64,000 bases of DNA from Octopus vulgaris (taxonomy: Eukaryota), in the NCBI GenBank assembly GCA_951406725.2, contig OX597825.1, positions 12,338,001 through 12,402,000 on the forward strand. The letters are read 5' to 3'. Numbering within the stretch: position 1 is the stretch's first letter; each line of letters opens with the position of its first letter. A program made the position numbers and the translations under genes. Of this stretch, positions 53,720 through 64,000 are shown one piece after another. The notes beneath the pieces are model-generated. The model saw only the letters and a program-made list of their open reading frames with translations. It did no database searches and was not told the origin of the DNA.

Positions 53720-55795
53720 TTATCTTATAAAAAGTCACTATGCAATAGGCAAAAACAACATTGAGCGTGACAGGATCAGAACCCAGAATGTAATGATGCT
53801 AAAATAGATAATCACCCTCATCCTCTTTTCTTTTCGTAACAGTATTATTTTTGCCACTTTAAGACCCCTCAAGCGACATAATTTTATAAATAAAAACTTT
53901 ATCTTGTTATTGTGACTATATTGTAGTGTAATATCTATCACACCAGCTGCCCTATATATTTCAAAGTTTGCACGACTATTCTACACGCATTGCGATAATT
54001 GTTTTCTCATTGTGACATGAATATAACATACTTTATCAATTAGTTTCTTCAATAAAACTCTTTCTAGTATTTTTCAGTTCATTCTTTCAACTATTCTCAA
54101 TATATTTTTCATAACCTCTTTGATCCTTTTAGTTTCTTTTATTTTTACTCCCTATTTCTATTAGCAGTTTGATCTTTTCTTTGTCTTTCTTTCCTTTAAT
54201 GTCTCCTTTTTTCTCTTCTCTTCCTCTTCTCTCTCCCTCCTCTCTTACCCTTTTTATTTCCACCGACCGTGGTAGCACACGAGCTCAGAATCTAGGTGGA
54301 CAAAAATGAATATTACAAACACACTATTATTGTTCTTTCAAGTTAACTGCACAGCTGGGATAATTATTGATTTCTAAAATCGGCTTAAGGCTATATATGA
54401 TTTGAAGGAAAGAACGGTCGATTATAGGAACTGGTATCTGACTGGTAGTTGCTTTTTTCTTTCCCGAAAATGACAACCAACATTTACCGTAGTGGAATTT
54501 GAACTCTGAATGTTAACTGATATTACTAAATATGGCTTCTTCATGGACCGTTTACAATCGCGTTTCTACCAATCCACCGCCTTTGCTCTATTGGTATAAT
54601 TAATAGAAAACGAAGGTAGCTTCAGTTGCTGTGAACGCTGCATCAGTAGCGGTGGCCTTTGATTAGTCGGTTCTTTAACGCCATTCCCTATTGTTTGAAG
54701 CAGACCAACTTGCAACAACACACCACACCGTCCTTCCTTGCACACATCGCTCCGTCCCTCCTTGCACACTTCACTGAACCATCAACGGAGAACATTTTAT
54801 TTGCATGAAAATGGCGCTTTAGAGTTTATTGCTTTTCTTTGACTTTCGATATTTCGTCTTTTCCTTCTTCCACAGGGAGTCTGCTCTCAGCATTTTTTTT
54901 TCCTTTTATTTAGTATTCATATAATTGCATTTTTTTATCGTTTTTTTTTTTTTTCCATTCCCGTATTTTTTCATTCCTTCCATTCAATATTCTTTTACTC
55001 CATAATTCCTTTTGCTCTTATTTTTCTTACCTTTCTATCAATAATCTGCCACTTGATCTCATGCATGTTTTTTTTTTCCTGTCTTCTCGTTATTATTCTC
55101 TTCCCTTCTTTCTATTCAGAATTCTCGTATTCCATCTTCTTCTGCCTTTCAATACGTCCTTCCTTGCTTCATCATTTATTCTTTCACACAGTCTATTTCT
55201 TAATTCATGCATTTATACCCCATTTACAAAATTTTTTAGCTCACTTTATCAATAGTCTTGTACTTCTTTGATATTTTTTGTGTACGTTTTCATCTTTCTA
55301 TATCTTTTTCATGCTTTCGACCATTCTGCAATTCTTAATTTTATTCTTATTTTTTTCCCCAAAAAATTTCTTCCCTTCATTATTTGTTTGGTTTTTCTCT
55401 GTTTTTTTTTTGGTTCTTTTTTTTTCATTATTTCCTTTTCCATATTTTTCACTGGTTTGGTGTGAGGTAGGGAATGTGAACAACATTACACACAGGCACT
55501 CCGAGACCGAAGTGATCGTCATGATTAATATTGCTTTTGAGCAGTTTAAAAGTCAGAAATATGGACGGTGGCGTTGTGGGATATATATACGCAGGCAGGA
55601 AAAATCAGTGGACCAACAATCGGAGATGGAAGAACTCGATGGGATGGTCGTTGGTACGGTGACTGTGGCGTAGTCACATTGTAGGTATCTCTAGTGCTGA
55701 GTGACCCGTGGGTGTTTCAGTGGACCTCACTAAAGAGCAGATAACTCAGGGGACTCTTTTGTAGCTACTGACGAAAAGGCTGCCTTAAGATAATA

Positions 55796-56028
55796 TATTT
55801 CTTTACTGCCCACAAGGCGCTAAACATAGAGGGGACAAACAATGACAGACAAACGGATTAAGTCGATTACATCGACTCCAGTGCGAAACTGGTACTTTAT
55901 TTATCGACCCCGAAAGGATGAAAGGCAAAGTCAACCTCAGCGGAATTTGAACTCAGAACGTAACGACAGACGAAATACCGTTTGGCATTTCGCCCGGCGC
56001 GCTAACGTTTCTGCCAGCTCGCCGCCTT
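55796..56028 (-). mobile_element. SINE family A
   Basis: Full copy; flanking repeat CTTAAGATAAT. Confidence 0.92.
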
Positions 56029-56279
56029 ACCTGACTTAAGATAATCGCTTTAAGCCTGTCATTGGATAAGGGATAGAATATTTATTTGTGTAGTAGAAGC
56101 GCCGTCCCAAATATAGGAGCAGAGCACCATCGCTTGAGTTATGTGGAGAGTAATTAGATGATAGAATGGAAATATTTTGAACGCTGAAAAGAAAATACTG
56201 TTTTTCTGCTTGTTTTGCTTCGTTTTTACATAGTTTTGTCCGCTTTGTGAAAGTAAGTTCGACTTGAAATATCTTGAAT

Positions 56280-56610
56280 GGGAATGTGTTCCAGTTTTTG
56301 TTGTAAACCTGAGGTTTCTAGCTGGTAGTATTTTTTTTTATGTTTTGTATTTCGAGGTGGTGGTGGTGGGGATAATGTTTTCTCAGTTAGTATCAAAAAC
56401 GTATTGATAGATACAAGGTTGTCGTGACCTCTCTAGAGGATGTTTTCGAGGTTATTGTTCATGGTGTCAGTACAGATTGGCTCGAAGCATCGAGATTGCA
56501 TGTGATGATTTTTCGGTACGGAAGGTTAGAGGGAATTAAATGATGGAGTCATATGCATAGAAGTGTTCGTGTGTCGGTTGGTGTGGAGTGCGTAGGGTGA
56601 AACATTAAGT
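56280..56610 (-). mobile_element. Decayed Penelope-like RT C-terminal fragment
   Basis: STPTDTRTLL/YDS...RKHYPHHH resembles the PLE KPTD..LL.Y.S.HP ... RGYP motifs. Confidence 0.5.
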
Positions 56611-57571
56611 TGCGTGGCACAAGAACCGATTCTTACGTATCTTTTTCTTTTTCTTTTTTCCTATCATTCCCTTTCACATCGTATTTTTATACATTCGCAT
56701 TCAATAATATTATTCTATACACAATATATTTTATATTTTTCTCCCTATTTTATTACACACGTCATTTAGTCCCCTGTCTTTGTCATTTCATTCGTTCTGA
56801 AAACTCATTCATTTTAGTTTCTCCCATATTTTTTTTTCATCATTCATTCTTATATATTCTTTCTAATATTCATTTCATTCCCTTCCGTTTTTTATATTAA
56901 GTAATCTATCTTCTTTTTCATGTTCTCTTTTAGTCTCTGTTACTTAAGTGTTTCCTGTCTCTTTCACTATCTTTATTTGTTTCACTCATCTCTCCATCTT
57001 CATAGATTTGCATATTTTCATCGTCGCCATTATATTTCCTTTCCATTTAAATTTTTCTCTTCCTTTCTCTTCCAGGTACTTTCCCATTTTGTTTTTTTCA
57101 TATTTCCTTGTTTTACAATCTTACATTTAATGCTCTCAATTATCATGCTTCATTTTTTTCCCTTTATTTTTCTACTTCATTTTTTCCTTTAGTTTTCCTT
57201 CAAACTTCTATTCTATCATTTTCTCTACATTTCTTCTTGTCAAATTTTTCTGCATAAAATAATGGCATCTTTGTATATTTTTCTATTTTTCCCTTTCATT
57301 TCTCCTTTTTAGTTTTGACATTTTTACTCCTTTTCTGCCATAGAAACAGATTATTTTCAACAATAAAACAAGGTGTGATACACGTATGATAGCAGAGCTG
57401 GCAAATATGCTTTTTTTTTTTCACGGGGAAAAAAGTATTTCTTTGTATTTTTTGACATAAATGTCTTCAAATATACGCAGGTGTTACTCCAATCCCATAA
57501 ATTTATAGAAAATGTTTATACGCACCACATAAACATATAATTTTATATCTGTATATATATATATATGTGTG

Positions 57572-57666
<95 letters not shown>

Positions 57667-57948
57667 TGGTGTAGGTGTGAGTGTGTGTGTACACGTGAAT
57701 GCACTCGCATGCATTTGACTACACCCACATATGATTCTCTCTTGGTCTCCTGAGTAGTGCTGTCGAACATAAAGTCGATCACCCAAAGTATTTTTGTAAG
57801 CTAATACAGAATCATAAACACAAAAAATGTGCGTATGTGTGTGGCACCAATGCGCTATAATTGTCAATATAACGGGTTATTTTACGTAACTCTCCAGGAC
57901 AAGTCGTACACTAAACTTCATTAGACGTGTATTGATACACCTCTCCCT

Positions 57949-57992
<44 letters not shown>

Positions 57993-58095
57993 ATGTACGT
58001 ATATATAAACACATACACACACACACACACACAGATATATATCTATGTTTATATGTAAAATAATTTTAGTTTACTTTGAATATGTTTGTGACATA

Positions 58096-58498
58096 GGCGT
58101 AGGAGTGGATGTGTAGTAAGTAACTTGCTTACAAACCACATGGTTCCGGGTTCAGTTCCATTGCGTGGCACCTTGGGAAAGTGTCTTCTACTATAGCCTC
58201 GGGCCGACCAAAGCCTTGTGAGTGGATTTTGTAGAAGGAAACTGAAAGAAGCCTGTCGTATATATATGTATGTGTGTATATGTTTGTGTGTCTGTCTTTG
58301 TCCCCCAAATCGCTTGACAACCGATGCTGGCGTGTTTGCGTCTCCGTAACTTAGCGGTTCGGCAAAAGAGAACGATAGAATAAGTACTAGGCTTACAAAG
58401 AATAAGTCTTGGGGTCAATTTTCTCGACTAAAGGCGGTGCTCCTGCATGGCCACAGTCACATGACTGAAACAAGTAAAAGTGTAAATGAGTAAAAGAG
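58096..58498 (+). mobile_element. SINE family B
   Basis: Full copy. Confidence 0.93.
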
Positions 58499-58784
58499 AC
58501 AGATTTCATCTTCTAACTACAAATTCGCTACAGTCACCGTGGTGAAAAGATTAGTCTCTTATGGTAAACGGTGTAAAAACGTTATATCTTTCCACAGGTT
58601 ACTATTCATCGGACTTCCAGAAGCCGTGATTGGTCCTTTGCTGTTCCTCAATAGGGAATACCGAATAAAAGTATTGTTTCAGTCATTTGCCCGCTGACAT
58701 GCTGGAGGACACCCTATACAAAAATATATCATATATACATGAGTATAAATTCGAGTCATACATGCATGTATACATTCAGAAGTG

Positions 58785-58845
<61 letters not shown>

Positions 58846-58915
58846 GCTTGTCTGTCTGTCTGCATGCCTGTTTGTCTGTCTGTCTCTCTATCTATCTATC
58901 TCTCCCTCTTCCTCT

Positions 58916-58946
<31 letters not shown>

Positions 58947-59099
58947 GCATATATATAATATATATATATATATTTATTAACATATGTATATATTCTTTTA
59001 CTCTTTTACACGTTTCAGTCACTTCACTGCGGCCATGCAGAAGCATCGCATTTAGTCGAATAAATCGACCCAAGGACTCTGACATCTCATTTTACGAGA

Positions 59100-59807
59100 T
59101 ATATTTATCAAAATATGTAACAGATATATTTACCAAAAATATCTTGAATTACAAAAATGAGGAAATTCATTCACTAAAATCGCCATTGGCTTTAACCGCG
59201 GACCCCAGACGACTTTGAAATCTCCTTCAATTCTTCTGTTTAAGTTAGTGAATGCAGTCTGGGGAGATATGTGGCCAGATGTTACGGGTGATGTGGTTGC
59301 AGAAATTGCCTGACTGCCATGACTGGGTACTCTTGCTTTTCTGGGATGGAGCAGAGTCCTGTTGGCAGACATAGGGTCTTCCAGCAGCCACCCTCTTGAC
59401 CCACAGTAGCGCTCCCTCCCCCAGGCACTTGATGTAGAACTCCATGTTGAGTGTGTGGCCGTGTGGGTAGATGAATGGAGGTATAACGTTGTCATTAGTT
59501 GTGGTTACTCCAAACACCTTCGTAATGACCATTAGACTCATCCAACTCTTTCCGAATCCTCTGTACTGTCCTCAGTTGATACGCAAACACTCTAAAATAT
59601 TCGTAGTGGAGCTTCCAGCTTGAATGCCAAGCGGTACAGCATGTCGTTCCCATATTACCGTCATAGTGAATTGCGTCATGGTGCTGCTTTTCTCACTGAC
59701 GGTGCCCAACTGAACCTACTATACTGTGTTATCGACAAAATATAAAATGAATAGTGCGCATGCGCCAAATTAAAACATATAATGGCGACAATTTACTCAT
59801 CGCACCC

Positions 59808-59808
<1 letters not shown>
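59100..59808 (-). mobile_element. Internally deleted DD37D (maT)-type Tc1/mariner copy
   Basis: VFGV....V.PPFI.P.G..LN...YIKCL...WVKRVAAGRPYV.QQDSAP...IWP..SPDC; TIR ATGGCGACAATTTACTCATCGCACCCG-TA; D-37-D spacing inferred by combining the two copies. Confidence 0.85.
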
Positions 59809-59855
<47 letters not shown>

Positions 59856-59897
59856 GGAGAGAGGGTTAGAGAAAGAGAAAGAAAGAGACAGACACAA

Positions 59898-59947
<50 letters not shown>

Positions 59948-59948
59948 T

Positions 59949-60011
<63 letters not shown>

Positions 60012-60012
60012 G
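59898..60012. repeat. (ATAG)n microsatellite
   Basis: Tetranucleotide run; inverse (CTAT)n at 58784-58845. Confidence 0.96.
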
Positions 60013-60049
60013 GAAGTATGGATAGATGGAGGGATGGAGGGATGGGTGA

Positions 60050-60330
60050 GATTGTTGAACCTGACAATTATTTGTAGCAAGACGCTTTTAACAATTGCTT
60101 TTGCGCCCGACACTGTGATGGAACGACTGGTTTATATTAGGGCTTCTAATATCAATACAATACCGCGTTTGGACATCAATTCTATTAGAGTTTATGGAAA
60201 TATTTCCCACACTGTTGCTAATTTACTTTGCTGTTCTTCAAAAAGCTTCATGTTAACACGAACATTCGCCGTTTTATTAACAGTATTAATTTTTACATCA
60301 ATGTACCCCTTGCTGACTTAAAGAATCAAT
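60050..60330 (-). mobile_element. Possible decayed LINE ORF1 (RRM-type) fragment
   Basis: HHSVGRKS../..QIIVRF resembles the AHR.G.....IIVRF ORF1 motif. Confidence 0.3.
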
Positions 60331-61384
60331 GGCTGACATTCTAGACTGTTGTAATCTTAACAGTATTAACTCAGGTTTCTCTGTCTTCTTCAACAAATGC
60401 CAGTTGGAAGCTATCAGCATGTTATCTTTTTAGGCCGACCCTGCTTTTAACTCATTCTGAACAAACCCATTTTCTAGTTTATATAACGTAAACAATTAAA
60501 CTGGTTTAACAACAAAGTGACTCCTTTCTGTTGTTCAAAGGGCTTTTGTTTTCTTATTTCTTCTGTTAAAGAAGATAAGTGAAGTAATTTAAAACACGGA
60601 ATAAAACTACAGACGTATTTGACATATAAAGTTGAACACACATTTCATACGTTCCGTGGTCTACTAAACATTAAGGCCATCTTTCAATCAACTGTCATCT
60701 CTGGTGACTAGGGTTTATTATGTTTTGGAAACTTTCAATAAATATCTTGTCTTTGCTTCTTAGTTTGTTCTATTCAGCAAATCTCTTCTATCTCTGTTTT
60801 TGTTTTGATTTTATCCGGTGTTGTTTAGCAGCTTTTGTGTCTTTGTTATGAAAGATCTTCACAATAGATCAAACGAAATATAAGAGAAATGAGACATCAC
60901 AGCGAGGAAAACAGAGAGAGAGAAAGAGAGAGCGAAAGAGCAAACAAAAATGTCTTTAAACGATGCGTTGAGATGGTTGACATCTTTCAGTTGCAATGTT
61001 TTCTTAATATTCACTCAGACAAGATTTGAGACAAAAAGAAAAAAAAAATTCTGTTTAAACCAAGATGGAGATTTTCAATTTGCTCAATTTCAGCTGGCAA
61101 TCATTTTGATAATATTAATTGTATGATCTTCGTCTTTGTAATCCTTGATCCTAATATCGATGTTCTTGTTACTGGAGATGAGGAGTTTGCAAAAGCGATG
61201 CAGCTTTGGAAGAAATGCTTTGCGGTTCTATATTACAGTTTCTGTGTTCAAGACCCATCGAGGTTTTACGTTGCTTTTCGCCCTTCCAGGATCGATAATA
61301 TAAAGAACCAGAGTAGCAATGGGGTCGATGTTATCAAATAATTTATTTTAAAAAATTCGAACGCACCTTTACGTACATTCACAC

Positions 61385-61958
61385 ATACATACATACATAC
61401 ATACATACATACATACATACATACATACATACATACATACATAAATGATGATGGCTGTCCCCTCGTCATCGAGTATGGCCATTGCACGAAGCTTAACTGC
61501 TGTTGGTGCTGTGATCGAATATGACTTTTTAGCCCAGCTAAAGATCTACAATGTCTTGTACAGAATTGGCAGCTAAAACCATTACCGTTAATAGCGGGAT
61601 GTAGTTGTAACTGGGCTTCATGTACCTTTGCATGTCGTTTAAGTCTTTCTGCCGAATTAAACATTATTCCACATGCACGACAGATATGATTAGTATGGTG
61701 TGTAACACCACCACCAGTGGCCAGGTTGTCACTCATCTGTCTCGCTTTATGACTACGAAAATGACTCTTGAGTCCAGCTTTACTGAAGCAGGGTCTTGCA
61801 CAGACACTGCATGTCAGCATCATAGGAAGGCCCTTCCCATCTGGAAGCGTAACAGCGATGCCCTTCCTGACATCCCTCCTTACTTTCTCATGCGCAACTC
61901 GAGATTTCTCAAAAGTAACTGTTCCCTTGTGCACAATCATTCTCCACCTGCTACGATC
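61385..61958 (-). mobile_element. 5'-truncated RTE-clade LINE: ORF2 C-terminus with three C2H2 zinc fingers and (TATG)n tail
   Basis: DRSRWRMIVHKGTVTFEKSR (RTE post-RT motif) then CSVC-x12-HFRSH, CRAC-x12-HAKVH, CQFC-x12-HIRSQH; TATG repeats at both ends. Confidence 0.85.
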
Positions 61959-63778
61959 ATACATACATATTACACATTCGATGCGACAAGTCGAGAATTT
62001 GGCGTGGGAGACTATTTATCCAAAATACGATGAATACTATTTCCATCTTTGAACACGCAAATATATCAGCCTTGTTAAATAACTGGTTAATCTTCAGGTG
62101 AATTAATTGAGGGAGTCTTTTATTCACGATCGTGGCGATTTTCGACTGAAACTTGAATTTAGCACGCAGAGAGTTACTACAAACAAAATGGCTGAACACA
62201 ACACAATCGAGGAAGAAAGTGAAAACAACAGCTGAACAGGTAAACAAATTTTTTTCTAGCTCTATTTATTGAAGAAACCGTAAATACAAATCTCATTTCT
62301 CTTGGAGTTATACATTTACATATATATGAGCATGTCTAGATATGCAACTATGAGCATGAGAATACATACATAAAACATACAAATCTGCACATACATACAT
62401 ACATACATACATACATACATACATACATACATACCTACATATATACATACATACATACATACAGATATGCATACATACATGCATACTCTGTTGTTGTTGT
62501 TGTTGAAATTCCAATTGGATGTAGGTTAGAAACCTGTTCTTTTTCTATTGGCAAGAAATCTTGAAATAAACTGAATAATGACATACAAATACTTACACAC
62601 ACAATTGCACAAACATAATATCTGCTTCATTGTAAGCGTAAACATATTTTTCTAAGCTAAATGCAGAAAACAGAGTGTGAGTCTCCTGATGGACTGTATC
62701 AATGTTTACTGACTGCTCCTGAGAAAAATCTTATCTGGCTTCTCCCCAATAGAAATATCATATAACAACTGCTTTTAAGTCAGGACAAATTAGCATAGAA
62801 TCATGTTAATAGGGTAATGTGTATGGTTTTAATTTAACGTTTTGTCATGAATTAAGCGAGTCTGGGCCATTGCGCCTCCGCTAGCAGCCGTGGTCGCCAT
62901 TTACTCGTCCCGATTTTCCTCAGCTTGTCTCTAAAGCAGAGTTGCAGTTTGGGATTTAGCATAGGCCGTTGTACGGCGCCTGGGATCTCGAGTATTGATG
63001 ATCACTCACAGCCCTTTGCTAACCAAGTATTTAATATATGGACAGCAGGAGCGACTGAGTATGAAATTTGACTTGAATGGGGACGTTATGGACCAAATAT
63101 TTGTGTTGTAAGAAAATTAGTTTACTGTTTCATGATTTGGGATTTCCACTACGTTTAAAAAGAAAGAAAAATTTTTATTAGCAAGAAGAAAAATATTTAT
63201 CGGATATAAGTGCAAAAATACTAATACTTTTTTTTGAATTACACATAACAACAATAATTTTTAATGTTTGTACATACATATGCATATAAATTGCAAATGG
63301 CAGAAATGATTATCATAAAAAATACAAAAAGTAGGAAAAAAATAATTGTCAGTTTCGTCAGCGCCACTGCTACTGCTACAGAGATTTAACAGATTACGAA
63401 TATAAAAAGATATTTCCGATGCTATTCGATTCAGTGAATCCATTATAATAGTCTTCATGTGTGAATTAATAATACACGAATAACATAGAAGGGAATTCTA
63501 AAACACAGCGACAGAAAGTAAAGCTGGGAATATTAATAAGTATCTGCTTCGTTGACTGAAGAATCATTGAAAGACTATTAAAAAATGGAATAATTATCAT
63601 TGCAGCCACTAAGTAGAGAGAATGGGAGGGAAATTGGTGTTAAATTATTGTCACACTTTTTGCTCTATTTATAGCCATACCATTATTTACGGTAGTGCAG
63701 TTTGTCCTAATTTTAAATAATTTTTTATTTGCAACGTTCATAAAAAATCTGATATATGAAAAAAAATTCTGGTTTCCA

Positions 63779-64000
63779 AGGCGGCGAGCTGGCAGAAACG
63801 TTAGCACGCCGGGAGAAACGCTTAGCCGTATTTTGTTTGCCGTTATGTTCTGAGTTCAAATTCCGCCGAGGTTCACTTTGCTTTGCATCCTTTCGGGGTC
63901 GATTAAATAAGTGCCATTTACGCACTGGGGCCATTGTTATTGACTTAATCCTATTGTCATGTTTGTCCCCTCTATGTTTAACCCCCTGTGGTCAATAAAG
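63779..64000 (+). mobile_element. SINE family A
   Basis: Near full copy reaching the window end. Confidence 0.9.

Noticed and set aside
55053-57192. Phe/Leu/Ile-rich membrane-protein-like ORFs
   Set aside because: Products of T-rich low-complexity DNA

Overview
AT-rich, microsatellite-dense animal genomic DNA; the SINE families and simple-repeat load look like a coleoid cephalopod, probably Octopus (recognised from memory, not searched). I find no convincing host protein-coding exon, rRNA, true tRNA or CRISPR array, and almost all ORF-track entries are translated microsatellites or SINEs, so this is probably a large intron or intergenic region. Content: many copies of four tRNA-derived SINE families (called A-D here), four non-autonomous Helitrons, two decayed DD37D (maT-type) Tc1/mariner copies, fragments of RTE, CR1-like and restriction-like-endonuclease (R4/Dong-type) LINEs, Penelope-like (PLE) relics and a 7-unit 139/147-bp tandem array. 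The main hidden signal is a set of six minimal type-I hammerhead ribozyme motifs with palindromic stem III, several inside small inverted-repeat elements. One lies in a perfect 144-bp palindrome and has a compensatory G3-C8 core; another is split by a SINE insertion. Also notable: a possible intronless ubiquitin-specific-protease relic, an RTE C-terminus with three intact C2H2 fingers, recurrent insertion of SINE A into its own GGTATT site, and a LINE/SINE pair sharing a 3' tail.
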